A DNA stretch of 64,000 nucleotides from Magallana gigas (taxonomy: Eukaryota), in assembly GCF_963853765.1 (NCBI RefSeq), contig NC_088854.1, forward strand, positions 39,494,001 through 39,558,000, in the 5' to 3' direction. Below, piece by piece: positions 1-21,900 of this stretch; position 1 is the stretch's first letter, and every line of letters begins with the position of its first letter. Made by a program: the position numbers and the translations under genes. The notes below the pieces were generated by a model that did not search any database, was not told the DNA's origin, and saw nothing but the letters and a program-made list of their open reading frames with translations.

Positions 1-309
1 AATTGATAATATAAAGCAATTCGGAATTTGATATTTTAAGTGCCTTATGTTATGATACAAATTCAAAAGAGTTATACGTTCATTTAGAGCTCTAGAAATG
101 AAGATTATAATATTTGAAACATTTCAATATACTTTTTATACTTACTTAGCACGATGAGGCAGATATTTTGCACATACAAGAAGAAATGAATAGTATGAAG
201 TAAAAGGATCTTTGAATAATTGTTCCAAAACGAGTGTTGATTATCTTGCATGATGGTTTTTATCATAGGACTGTTGTTAAACCTATGTTACAATAATCAT
301 TTTTTTTAG

Positions 310-2681
310 ACTTGGCGAGTTGACAAGTGCTAATTCGATCGAGGAGAGTCATAATGTTGCTGATCTATATGATAAAAACTGTCCAAAAGATTTAGCAGAC
401 AATTTCTCAGAAACTTATGAGAATGAGTGGGCTGACGCCTTAATAGAATTGACTGATCAGAAAAGTTACGCAGAAGAAGAAGCAATTCGAATTCTTTTTG
501 ATATATTTCAGGTATTGAATCATAAATGTGTTCAATACACTGTGGAATGATTAGAATTAATGGAGGCTTAGTGTTGTGGTCTTCATGGGTAGTCATATAT
601 CAAGAAATTTGTCGCCGCTAATTTCAATGATTCCACAATAGTCTTCATGAAATGATAGTGCAAACAATGAAAATATACATAACTGAGAAAAGAAAATCAA
701 AGTTTGTTCATATATTGTAGTTTTCTTTGATTTGTCCTTGAAATTAATATGATATGATTTAACATTATCGATATAATTATTTTTTCAAACGTTTTATCTA
801 TTAAAATGTTTCGCTTTTTTCTTTTTTTAAGGATGCATATGGGTTTTCTAACAAGCAAGTAGCAATGTATTTTAATTCAGTGTCTGAAGGAATGAAAGTA
901 TTTGGACTCGACAATCATGAGGTACATCTACTATTCATGTAAAAAGAATTTATGAAGAAAATCATTGATTATTCCAATTTAAAAACTTTTAAAATCGAAG
1001 TTGATATTTTACTATGATACCTAAAGCACTACACTTTGTAAACAAAAATTTTAGAATCAAAATAAGATAAATAACTTACTGAACCCTAAATTCTTCTTAT
1101 GAACACTCATAAACTCAAATATCCCTTTAAGTTTTAATTGCCTTTATAAAATATTAAATTTAATTGTTTTTTATGTACAGAACTATGAACTCTGGAGTCG
1201 TAATAGTAGTCAGGGGGAAAGATAACTGTAGCAGATAAGATCACTTATTAAACAGTACACCTTTCCTTGGACATTATAGTCGATATACATGGATTTTTTA
1301 AAACAACAAAACTAAATATATAAATGCCAATCTTGCTTTTTCTAAATTTTGACAGAGTCTAGATAGATTTGAAAGATATATTAATGTGCTATGATACTGT
1401 ATGTTGAAATTCCTGTCGCATACAAGTCAGATCTTGCAGGTTCAGCAAAATTGAATCTTAAATTTTAGTATGCTTGCCTAGTCATACAGAAATTGTAACA
1501 CCTTACTACATGTATACAGAGAATATTACATCGGTTCAACGTCGCACTACTCATATGTCCTGTGGATTGAGATCAGGGTGAAGAGTGTTAAAGGTTATAG
1601 CTTAAACAATGTTATTTACATCTCATTGGCTTAGCCTTCATAGGATTTCACAAGTTGTAGCATAGTATCTGTTGTGAGGATTATTTGTTCAGTTCTAGAT
1701 GGTTTCCCCTTATTATTTTAGCGTGAACTTGGTAATTTACTCGAGCCTTCAATATAATCAATTAAATACTTGTAAAATCGTCCGCTTTATTTTACGTTAC
1801 AAGATATATTAACATCCAATAGATTATCACATCAGGGCGATCTTTTCGCACTGTATATCTTGATAAAATGTTATTAATGATTTATAGTTGGATACCTACA
1901 TACGAATGTATTTTTGTCCCTTTTTGACGTTCACCATTTGTCAGAGAATTACAATTAATAACAGTCTAGAAGTTACACTATATAATGAACTTTCTGGTGC
2001 AAATTGTTTTATCGTAAAGATTTTAGAACATTTGTTCTTTGATCCCGAATTTTTATTGTACACGTACCTCCATTGAAAACTCTTTGTTTCAACGATTGTC
2101 TCATAAAACTTGTTTTATTTAGTTTTCAACTTCTATTCGAAACATTGAGGATAGTTTTAATTTGAATAAATTTTACTTTAGAAATGGCCTCTTGGGGTGA
2201 CAAAGCTTGTCAAAGACCACATGAAATCCCTTTCAGTATTAGTTGCTGGGAATGTCAGTAAGGTAATTAAACCACTAATGGATCGACAATGTTTTCTTTA
2301 CCAATTACGAGGTATTTGTTGCTATAGAAAACGATCTCTGATAAAGATAAGAGCATTCAATATCGGATTAAAGACAATCAAACTGAATTAACCTTTCACT
2401 TCAATGGGTTTTTTTTTTAGGAATTCCTGAAAAATCAAAATGAAAATTATGGCAACGCAACATCCATATACGCAGAGGCATGTGCAGAGTTATGTTTGTT
2501 CATGTGTGTGCAAAGTCCTGCATTCTTTCTTGACTTTAGCACTCCAAAAGGAAAATTTGATAAGGAAAGGTTTACAGTTTACACAAAGTCTGGAGATGAA
2601 TACGCATTCCCTGTTTGGCCTCCTCTCTACCTTTACAAAGAGGGCCCCATGATTGGAAAGGGCATAGCTCAAGGATCATAA
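310..2681 (+). CDS. Mitochondria-eating protein (Mieap/SPATA18) C-terminal-domain protein, 3' part; the 5' exons lie upstream of the window
   Basis: Four phase-consistent AG/GT exons: 310-511, 832-921, 2182-2262, 2421-2681 (TAA). The translation includes ADLYDKNCPKDLADNFSETYENEWADALIEL...EEEAIRILFDIF and YAEACAELCLFMCVQSP...FDKERFTVYTKSG...VWPPLYLYKEGPMIGKGIAQ, which I recognise as the Mieap-type C-terminal motifs. Family call is from motif memory. Confidence 0.85.
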
Positions 2682-4588
2682 TAATTTAGGATTGGATATA
2701 TAAAACAATGTTTCGACAGACGTTGTATTGATATAAATTGTAATGATTCGCATTGCATTATTAGTATGTGAACCCTGAAAGCGGTTAAAATCTTTGATTT
2801 TTTTTCACATTAGTGATATTGGAAGGCAAATATTGACCAAGTCATTTAAATTAAAATCCATGTCATTAGCCATCTTTTGAACAATGATGAAAGTGAGGAT
2901 TAAAGTCGTGCATATTGTCTATCATAGAATTGTATATGGTACAATCAATTCAAAGTCGATTGAACTCCATCCTATATATTGCTTTGTGTTTTCACAAATC
3001 GATAAGTCGGACTAAGCAGCGCGATGATAAAAGGTTACGAACAAGTTGGTTTATTGGAAGTGCTATTAGGTCAATGAATATGTAAGGTAGGGTACGTTTA
3101 TTAAATAATTTTTATATAATTTTTGTCTGTTAATTGACTAAGTACGTTTTTTTCACTCTTTTTGTTTTGATATCGAAATTAAATTTAAGTTTTCTTTATG
3201 TGTATGACTTTAAAAGGACTTTTGTTACAATTGATCTTAATAAAAGTGAAAATACATTTATGTGAATTTTACCGTATTTATTGTAAAATAGTCGATATGT
3301 TGTAATTTTGTAATGAAGACATATACATGTATCTATGAAGACACTGTGTATTAGAATGATTACATGTATTTCTTATATTTGATTTTTTTTTAATCAATAC
3401 ATTTTCAAAAAATATTTCATTTTTGATCGACATGAGCCATTTGTTTTTATTGCATTCTGATTTGCGCACACATGTAATGACTATTTTTTTTCATGTAAAA
3501 AAAAGAACACATTTTGTAACTAGATAGATAGATTAATAAAAAGAAAGTAATTCTAAATTCATTTATCTTATATTCGATTAACATGATGTAACCAAATAAT
3601 TGATTTGTTTCTATACTTTCCTTTACTCATAAGTAAGTATAATCTATTTTTATCTCCGTATCCAATGTCGTAAAAATCCTGACAAAAATGGCGCATACGC
3701 TATGTTGAAATTGAAAAAGAAATGTACTCAGAATATACACCTTTATGCGACAAAATTGAAAATATAAAATGCAAAGTTTATAAAAATTAAAATTATTTAC
3801 AACATATTCAATTAAATGGGTAAAAATAGGAAATAACGTAACTTTACAGATCACACTGATAAGTATCTTTATACACCTTAATGTTTAAGGATTTGAAAGG
3901 GTGGATAATCAACTATTTAACCATCAGATCTTACTTAAATTTTAGAAATGATGTTTTGCGGTATGAACCTTTAAATTGTAGAAATATAAGACTTAAAAGG
4001 ATGACTGCACTTAAAGCCGTATTTTGGGTCCTTTTTGGGGTTACGCTTATTCCTCGCTCAATTTTACTTCGTTATTTATCATATAGTTTGGTCTGTTTCA
4101 AAAAGAAATGTATTGCCATAATGGTTTTAAACTACGTAGCATATAAAATAATTCGTTGTGTTGTGGTCTATAATTAGAAAAAGGGTACTATACATGGAAT
4201 TCATCATACTCTCTCTCTCTCTTTCTCTCTCTCCTGTTGCCATTTTTGAAAGGTTTCAAACCAAAGTATATGACTATCGGCCAGTACATGAAGCCATTGA
4301 TGATCGACAACCAGTTGGTTTAAGCAATTTACGTGTTTGAAAAGATTTAACAAGTAGATAATCGGTAACATACAGAACCGATAATCTCTTAAAGATATCT
4401 CAGAGAAATAAAGAAACCATCCCTAGATTTGAATGAAATGAAATAGGTATGGACTAATAGTATCGCTTAGGAATATGTGTGCTACTTAACACGTCACGTG
4501 ACGGGAGTCTTGTATTCACAAAGAGACATGAAGTTAGAAATCACGTGATGAATTATAATATTCAACATGTTCAATTACAAGAGAACGT

Positions 4589-4676
4589 GATCACAGGAAG
4601 AAATAGTTTTTGGTCTGTTTAACCATGAGCGCGATCACAGGAAGAAATAGTTTTTGGTCTGTTTAACCATGAGCGC
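4589..4676. repeat. Perfect 44-bp tandem duplication
   Basis: GATCACAGGAAGAAATAGTTTTTGGTCTGTTTAACCATGAGCGC at 4589-4632 and 4633-4676. Confidence 0.9.
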
Positions 4677-6347
4677 TTGTTTGTCTGTTGATCTCTTTTC
4701 AACATATTCTTTATAAATATACAATTATCACTAAAAGGAGAGCAATAGACAAACATGCGCTGACTATGTCTAAAGTATGTAAAAAAGTGGGCGTCCTCAT
4801 TATCCTATGGAGATTCAAGAAAAAGCAATGACATCTACCAATGAAAACGACTTTGTTCTTTGTAAATATGAACTTAATATAATTATTATTACATGAAGTT
4901 GCAGTAAGGACTTAGGTCATTCCTACAATTAAAAGAAATCTGTCCATTTTTAATCTTTATTTTCCCGCATTTTTTTTTATCCGTAAGTGCAGGCATTTTT
5001 TTTTAGTATTTTTGCCTACATCTATGAATAGAGCTAATCCTTTTATTGGGATCAATATAGTCCAAAAATGGCCACGGTCATCGAGTCTTCTTACCACTGG
5101 GTCATACCAACGCCTCTATCTTTGTTGACATAGATCAATAAATAAAATCAAATGTCAACGATATCAATACTGCAATTACTGATACATTGATATTCTAGAC
5201 ATGAAGCGAAAGAATGCTGTGTTGTCAAATTTCAAATGAACAACGGTATCTTTTAAAAAATATAAACTTAAGCCTATCAAAAACATAATAATAACAGCAA
5301 AGAATGCGTGGAGCGTCCTGATGCAGGAATGATGTGTAGTCAATGTTTATTTTTTATATACCTTTTTTCAGCGAAGCCTTACATTGCCTTTACCAAGTAC
5401 AATAACGTTTGTCTTTATATCTGTGCATATGCTAACTGTTATGTTATATTATGCTTTGTTAAAAGTAATGATGATGAAGAAAAGTTGTAGTAATTTGTGT
5501 TTCTAAAAATTTGAGTAGAGAAACCAAATACCATATTTTTATGAATAACTAAGAAGTATTTTTATATGTCCCTGTCAACTGCAATCTGTTTTACATGTAT
5601 AAATAGTGTTCTTGTAAGAATCAAATAATTTAATAATTTAACCTTCTGCCGTTTATTTTATATCATAATATACAACTCTTTCATGTATTATTTTCATAAA
5701 TGAATACATACAGTTATCTACTTGGATTGATTCTTACATGAATGCTATTCTGTTGAAAACAAAAACTACGGTTTACGTAACAAAATAAACGACCACCTTT
5801 ACAAATCGAATCAACTAAAAAATTCATAATGTAAAATCTAACTTTTTTAATTTAAATGAAAGGAGGGGAAATCACGAAAACTTGATTGTTAAGATGACAT
5901 AAAAGCAGGTACTAGGCAATGAATCAAATAGTTTTAAAGTGGATTAGCATTTAGAATGCAAAACAGTGAACGAAACAAACAGCATACTTTATTAGAATCG
6001 TTGACAGTGTATGATCAGTTTTTATCAGGGTTACAAATCAACAAGACTTTCATTAATATTAAGCATTTGATTTAATTGCGTTGCATCGTCGGATACCGTA
6101 AAAGGTTTCTTGAATTTACATAATTATTTTGTTTAACAAGTTTGAACCATTTAAACAAACGTTCACGAAGGTGGATAGAGCAAAATCCGACGCTTCAACA
6201 TACAAGCATGCAATACTCTAATATTTTTAAACAACATTATTGTATTCCATCATTTCCCGTCAAATAACACTTAATTTTTTTTTACAGATATGAAGGTTAA
6301 GTATCATTTAAAGTGGAAAGATTTTCGCATATGGTTCTGAATTCGTC

Positions 6348-9300
6348 ATGAACAAAGTCTACCCCGCAATTGTGCTTCTTTCTGCGTATTTAAGAGTAGC
6401 AAAAGTCGGTAAGTTCCTTTTTTCATTGCAATTTCGTTTAATGTTTAAAACACTTTTCAAATCATAAACTCACAGATTTGATTTTAAAAAACCATTAAAA
6501 TCAATTAGAATGCTTTGGCCAAGTTACTTCATGTGAAATGAGTCATTAATCATTTTCTGATGTCTGTACGGGGGTCAACACATAATCAAAATTGTTTTTG
6601 GAAAGTATAGCTTTATTTCAATATATCAAAACAACAGTGACTTTTTTCAGCATTGCAAATTGGGGGAACAATGCATTTGATTGAAGGAATTATATTGTTA
6701 ATTCCTGTTGCAAAAAGTTTATTTAGTATTTAAATTAATCAATTAATCAATTTTTGCAAACCTGTCCCAGTATTTGACTGGTAGTAATTTTTGTTAATTT
6801 AGTTTTGTTTGTTTTGGATTTAATAAAATACAACCAGTCCAATATTTGTCATGCTTATATAGTTCGCGTTTTTGCTATCCTTAATGAAAACTTTTTGGAT
6901 TAATGATATCATAGGAATTAATGTTATTCTTTATTCTTTGTGTGAAGTTACTTTCAAATTTCTTTATATATTAATGATTTTGACATATTTTGGAGTTTGC
7001 ATAACTGTTTGATTGTAGATCAAATTAATTGTTTTAGGTCGTTACAAACTGTTTAAGTTTGACTTGAAATAATAATAATTAATAATTGCAAGTTTTTATA
7101 TAGCGCTTTTAAAATTGGCGAACCATTTCTCAAAGCGCTTTACAATTATTACCCCAGCAGACCTTAAAGCATTCCAGAGCCTTCTCAGTGCGGCAGCCGT
7201 TAAGGCGCTCAACCACTCACATTCCGACAATATCTTTCACTGTCTATAACCAGGTACCCATTTTACACTTGGGTGGAGTGAGGAAATACATGTAAAGTGT
7301 CTTTCCCAAGGACACAACGTCGACTTGCCGCGGCCAGGATTCGAACCCACAACCTTTCGGTCATGAATACTGCACCTTAACCACTCAGCTACCGACGCTT
7401 CGACCGAGTCTAGACGATTAATGTTCATGGTTTTTTTTTTTCAAAAGCAATAGCATGCAACAACAGAATGTATACATTAATCTCAATTTTAAAATGGGTT
7501 TAATCTTACGACCATATTCATAGGATTATGAATGAATTCAGTGTACAATATAGTATTTTTGTAAGGAGCAAAGCTATATATGCTGGCCAAACATTTGTAC
7601 TGTGTATATTTTTGCAATATGATATTGGAATTTGCCGTCTATTGGATTTTATATTTGTAAAGGTATACTTGTTAAACTATCGATTGAATATATTTTTCTC
7701 TTTTTACTTGGTGTCAAGCACTTTCTATTTATCGTTGATTTTGAAATGATGGTTTAGCAATTTTAATTCATAACTGTAATTCAAAAGAGTGTCATCAGAA
7801 ATTGACAATATAGGTTTAATCCATTGAACAAGCATGAGGACTTTGTTTTTTTAAACAAATCTGAAGATCTTTTGTTATAGCAGTGCTTCATTTTCAGTAC
7901 ATCAGCTTTGTATCATTTAAATCCATAGTTACTTACTTTAATGAAAATCAATGCTATCCATTAAAAATAGTAGACAAGTCGCGATTTTGGTCAAATTCGA
8001 TTTTTTTAAGTTTATTGTTTACAATGCTCTAATAATGCAGTTCTAATGGTGAACTACAATTTGAGTGTCAGTCGTAGAGTTTTAAGAAAGATACAGAACT
8101 CACACTTTTCTGTTATTTAAACAGACTCAAGCTACGCTTTTTGACTGTAAAATTGGTTCAATAAATGGTAATAGTTTTTTTTCAAGCATCGTTTCCTAAC
8201 AATATGAGTCCATAAATTAGTCGGATTAAAATTAATATTGTTTTAGCTGCATCGTGTTCTACCGGTTGGACCCTCAACAGTGGCAATGGCCTTTGTTATC
8301 AGTTTTTCACGACTTTGAAGAATCACAACGAAGCCATTGACTACTGCTACACTTTAGACGCCCTACTGGCAACACCAAAAGATCTAGGTGAAGTCGATTT
8401 TATCGCAAACAACGTGATCAGGTATCGCTTTCAGTTAACAATTACTATATGTACAGGTTTTCTGGTAATTTATATAAAAAGAAAATATACATAGCAAAAT
8501 GTTATTACCATGTGATACTAAAATTTTGGTATTAAAACTTTGTTAACAAATTTACACAGTGCATATGGTCAGTATGCATGGATAGGACTTGTTAAGAGAA
8601 CAGATGGAGAGTCTTGGAAGTTTTTTGATGGGTTTACATTTGATTCAGGACAAGAGTCATGGAATTTATGGAGAACAGGTATACGAATAAAATAGAAGTT
8701 TTTTTAAGAAAGATTAATCTTTTAAAAATTTTTTTTTTATTGTTTTGAAATACTGAAAAAGTTGATTTTGTTTGATTGCGTGTCTTTAAAATTGTTGTTA
8801 TACTCCAATAATTTTAATGTACCGACGAGATAAACGATCGAATTTTTCTTTAAGAACATAATGCTAATTAAATTTTATCGACCATAGAATTTAAAGGTTT
8901 TTTTTTCTTCTCGGAAAAGTTATCGTCAGAACCCAAAGAAAATCATGACTCTTAAAAATATCTTCTCAATCATTTCAGGTTTTCCGTCAGCTGGTCAGAG
9001 ATGTGGACATTTAAAAGGCGAAGACATGAATTATAAATTTCAAACATCGCCTTGTGATTATGACTATAAATTTGTATGTCAGAAAAAAACAACCGCCCAT
9101 GGTAGGTTCCTTTGATAAGTAATGCCTTTTTATTGCATCTGTTTCTACAGTAAATTAGTTCATTATTTTCATGTATATTTTTACTTAAAATATTTTAATA
9201 ATATGCTGTATGGTTGCATTGATCAAGTTTTATACTCTATCGAACTGTACCATTTAAGTAATAAACATCTGTTAATATTTAAACCTGTTTTATGTAAATC

Positions 9301-12300
9301 GATCTTTAAAAAAAAATAAGACAAAATTAATGGGTATTAGGTGTAATTTTTGTGCATCATAGGAGGCCATTACAAAAACGTGATGCGACTCATTTTCTGT
9401 TATTCCGAAGCACTTAATTTATTGTGAACTAATTTAACACAGTTCATTTAAATGGAATTGAAAATGGCAAATTTTCATGAGACATCAACAGAGCAATTCA
9501 AATTTAGACGGTGTCATAATAATGATTAAAAACTGAAAATATGTACAACATTATAAACATGCGTCAAAACAACGTAGTAATAAATCTTATGCTGAAAAGC
9601 CTTTCCATAGAAGTCTTTTACTAGTCGGATACAATGTAAATAACGCAGGAACAGGATATACACTGTACAAAGCATGTCAAATGTCTTTGTATGAAACAAG
9701 TTCGTATAAGTCCATTTTTCCGTTAAATGTCGGATTTTGTGTAATTGCTAAAATAATCCTATTTTGTGAATACGTTTAAGTCAGAAAAAAATCAAGTGAA
9801 AAGAAAGAGCAAGTCCAGCAATTCAAAAGAAACTGAGAGATTCGAAAAGCCAAGAAAATAATAAATGCCCTGGCATTAATATTTACCCATAGAGTCAAAA
9901 TGAGTCAAATAAAAAAACATGTCAACCGATTTAGAAGCCCTACATGTTTTATTTTATTGATAAATAAGTCGTTTTGGTACATTGGACAAATTTTGACACG
10001 GTTTAGGTCGTGACTACATATTTGAAATCGCTAGTCAGTTATAAACACATATGAAATATGCTCGCTCAACAGCCTTTCAGCTGAAATATTTTAGTATAGA
10101 CTCTTGACCCAACCGTACATTAGAAACTTATGCAGAATAAAATGATGTGTTGATCATTTTATAATCCATAAATCTTACATGTTTTAAAATATGACCGAAA
10201 TCAAAGACTTTTGAATCATAATAAATACAGACCAAAAGATATTTTTACTGCATTTTAATCTATTTTTATCATTTGCTTCAAATGGACGATAGATAAGGCA
10301 TTCAACGCTGTTGTGCTTAAAGACCATTTCTTTTGAAGAATACATGAATGGCTTGCAGTTATCCATGTATAATATGCAATAAACTAATAAGCTCTAATGA
10401 AAAAATGGCGAAAGTGACCATACACTTTACCTTCGAAAATGGTCAAACGATCAAAACTTTCATGCTTTTTTTCATCAACCAATTGGGATTAGATTACCAC
10501 AACATATTTTATTAAAATATCTATGTTTTAAAACACAAATTAATTTTGTTTTTGCTCAGTTTGTCCATCAACTTGGTTTCGATCGCCATTTGGATCAATA
10601 TGTTACAAACAATATGGATTGTCATCTACCTTTCAAGAGACAGTGAATTTGTGCAATGACGATGGGACAGACATTCTGATGCCCCGACACTCGGGGAAAG
10701 ACATGTTTCTCAGCTGGTATTTCTCTCAGTAAGAGTTTTTTTTGAAAGCTTATTAATCGATCAGAATTTTACAGGTTGAAATACTATTAAAAGGTCCTTT
10801 CATAAAAATTTGCTTTGTACGATTTTTACTTTTACATTATATATATTTTTTGACAATTTGAAAGAAACCACCAATATGAGAAAGTGTGGATCGGCTATCA
10901 AGAACAGAATAATGTTTTTTCGTGGCAGTCTGGTGCTAAAACAACATTCACCAGCTGGGAAGACGGTAAATCCCCTTGCTATTTCTTTAAAACATATTTA
11001 CAAGTGTTTCATACAAACATGTCTGCGTGCAATCTGTTTTTACACCGTACGAACAACAGAACTGATTTACACTTAGGGGTCTAAAGTATATCACGACTAT
11101 ATTTCCTTTTCACTAATATTTTATTTAAAACTATCATTTTCCAATAAGATTTTCCAAAATCGCTTTTGTACCGTTACATTTTTGAATGCGTAACTACTTA
11201 CCATCCGCTAGACATGATAATAAAGTATTTCTGAACGCCCAATCAAAGTAAGATTGTAAGATTGTGGCGTTTGAAAAACCAAATTACAAATTGGTTGTCA
11301 GAAACTTTATGATAATTTAAAAAAAATGGCAAATGAAAACCGCATTTATCAATCCACATTTTTTAAAAGTACAATCGCGAAAAAATTGACAACAGAACAT
11401 TTTCTAAATAATCTTAAATGAAATATATAGTGAACAAATGACATACTTCTGAAATGTGATTGTAATAAGATCAATATAGGATGCTTACATTATATATATC
11501 GTATGATTAGGAGAACCGGATTCTATCGAAGATTGTGCAGCGTATGCTTTATCAGCTGGAAACTCTTACCATAAATGGTTCGGACTGCAGTGCTCACAAC
11601 CTGCTGCGGGATACTGTCAGGACACTAACTTCTATACATGGGGTAACTATGTAAAAAATCTTTATGATGTGCATATATACTGATATATATGTTAATGTTA
11701 CGAGTAGCTTTATATTTCTATCATTTCTTAACATTCATTGTTTTTTTAACATGAAAAGAACGAACATTTAAAGGAAATATGGAACAGCTCCATTTTTTAA
11801 AAGTTAAAACAATCAAGCATAATTTTTCATTTTTTTTACATGAGTTCAAATCCCGCTTGGGCTTTTATAAAATTATCATCTTTCGCAAAAAAATTTAGAA
11901 CATATATTAGGTCAAATATTGTAAGATTTGAAAATTCTCTACTGGTAAAAGTATTTCAATCATAGTGTATTTTTATCCACATTAATAATATTGACATGTG
12001 TCCTATACCACCTTAGGTGTCAAAGTGACATTTTACACGGAACGATAGACAATAGATAATTTAATCTTAACTTTGAAATTTTCAATTACAAGTTGCCTCC
12101 ACTACCCATGAAAGCACAACATACGAAATTACTACGGAGGTAACTACGAAAGTAACGACGGGCGTTACAACGGAAGTTACAACAGAGGCTACAACGGAAG
12201 TTACAACAGAGGCTACAACGGAAGTTACAACAGAGGCTACAACGGAAGTTACAACAGTAGTTACGGCTGAAGTAACTTCACCCTCTGTTATAACTGAGAC

Positions 12301-12661
12301 AACACCAGCCACCTCCTCCTCATTTCAAACAACGTCAAGCTCAAACATTATAACAACTACCGTTTCTGGATCCTTAAACAACACTTGTGCTTGTTTTTGT
12401 CTTAAAAACCATACGAACATCACGGCAGAAGAACTGGAGGAGAAAATATCACAAATCAAGAACAACTTGACCGTTGATGCAAAGTCATTAACGTCTGCTA
12501 TTCGACTACTGACCAGCGCCTACGATCCTCGGGCCTCGTCACAGAGCATAGGGAGTGTGGGGATAGCAGTCCTTGTATCCATCGGTTGTTTCTTGCTGGT
12601 GCTCGATTGTGTTCCTACAAATGGTTGCATAGGGAAAAAGAAGACATTTAATGTAAACTGA
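6348..12661 (+). CDS. Type I membrane C-type lectin receptor (signal peptide, 2 CRDs, Thr-rich mucin stalk, TM), 482 aa
   Basis: Eight coding exons: 6348-6408, 8247-8421, 8560-8678, 8979-9101, 10560-10728, 10865-10965, 11511-11642, 12093-12661. All are GT-AG, phases match, total 1449 nt. Signal MNKVYPAIVLLSAYLRVAKVA. CRD1: CSTGW...CYQF...AWIGL...FPS...C...FVC. CRD2: CPSTW...CYK...VWIGY...EPD...C...WFGLQC...GYC. TM: IGSVGIAVLVSIGCFLLVLD. Confidence 0.9.
7068..7402 (-). mobile_element. tRNA-derived SINE in intron 1 of the lectin gene
   Basis: On the minus strand: A-box-like GTAGCTGAGTGGTTAAGG, B-box GGTTCGAATCC, central CCTTGGGAAAGACACTT...CCACCCAAGTGTAAAATGGGTACC (conserved-domain type), LINE-like tail AAAGCGCTTTGAG...AAAGCGCTATATAAA and an (ATT)n end. 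Superfamily (CORE/Meta/V) not determined. Confidence 0.85.
12170..12262 (+). repeat. Coding minisatellite, 24-bp unit (TTEVTTEA), mucin-like stalk
   Basis: ACAACGGAAGTTACAACAGAGGCT repeated three times exactly, with degenerate flanking units, inside the last lectin exon. Confidence 0.9.
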
Positions 12662-14094
12662 CAACAATTTAGTTCGTGGTGTATAACCGTGATCCACGAA
12701 CGTATATTTTACATCAAGAGTTAATACAAATGTCAAACAACTCTTAAAGGCATTATTGGACAACTTTGTTGTCTTTATAGCTTTGTAACCATTGCAATGA
12801 TAACTTAAGTTATTCAGTATTCTTTCTTTAAGCATAAATTATCATGTAATTTTCATGGGGAAAATGTCTTTTTGTGTTGCTTTTTTTTCTTTTCGCAAAT
12901 GTTAGAATATGAATACCTGAATATGTAGAACGGTTCTTTTTATGGTAGACAAGTTAAAGAAATATTCCTTTATCATAATGTTACATATGAAACACTTCAA
13001 TTGAGACTAAACACACCAATATTTGAAAAATAATTACTCAACAAAGTATATAAAAATTTTCTATGCTGTGTTTTTCCTGAAATTTTTAGTTTGTTTGGGT
13101 TTTCTTTTTTTTTTTTTTTTTTTTTTTGGGGGGGGGGGGGTAATCGGGCCTTCCAGATTCTTCTTGTCAGTGTGAAAGTCATTGTTTGAGCATCTTATAA
13201 TATATAACGACGATTACTACGTTGATCAGAAAATGAAGTCCTTTTCAAAATTAAAATGATAATTATTATCCTGTTACACTTAAATGAAATCAAATTATTT
13301 TGTTTACAAAAGAAGTCTTAGATTTTTTTTACTTTATATAACAGTATTACATATTCAACAGATAGATCATTAAAAACTTTCTGAAGAAAACATATTATTA
13401 TAAAAGTATAACAACTTGTTTAGTAGAATATCGAGATCTTTGTTTTTTTTAACAGAATACTGGCATTTTTAAAATCTATAGGGTGCATATGATAACTTGC
13501 ATAAACTTGGTAGGTTAAATATGCCAACGGTAAGTCGGAAAGGAATAAAACTTTGAATATTGTATAACTTTTCTATTATGAAATGTTCATATAAATAACA
13601 CAATTTTTTTGTTTTGGAGTTGTTACACATTAAAAGAATCAGTTACCATAGTTACGTTCGTTTTCTTGCTTGTTTCGCTTGGAAATCAAAATCATTTAAA
13701 CCATTTGGCAGTTCCAATGTTTCTGCAGTAGTTACACCGTCTTTCATCATGTGACTTTGAGATCACGTGCGTTCTTTTTCAAAAACCCAATGAGGTTAGC
13801 ATTGATTAATTTTAATGTCGATCAAAGGTAAACAAATATGTAACAATAAAGCAAAAAGTACATTTTATTGTGATAGAATGATACAAGAACAAAGCATCCT
13901 TTTAGATTTTAAAAGATCAAAATAGCCTTCCCAGTGAAACAATAAGTGAAGTGGCAATTCCAATAACGCATGCATTATTCGAGTTATAAGTGACAATATA
14001 AATCTATAGTTGGATTCAATATTTTATTCGGGTCAGTTTTTTAACAAACTTTCCTGAGCCCGGGCAATATTGATCTGTTGATAAATTGTCTGTC

Positions 14095-21900
<7,806 letters not shown>

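Noticed and set aside
330-596. 88-aa minus-strand ORF
   Set aside because: Antisense shadow of the Mieap-like exon.
7237-7428. 63-aa ORF or a tRNA gene
   Set aside because: It is the SINE head and body. A and B boxes are present, but it runs into a SINE core and LINE-like tail without a complete cloverleaf.
12082-12312. Val/Thr-repeat minus-strand ORF
   Set aside because: Antisense of the coding mucin minisatellite.
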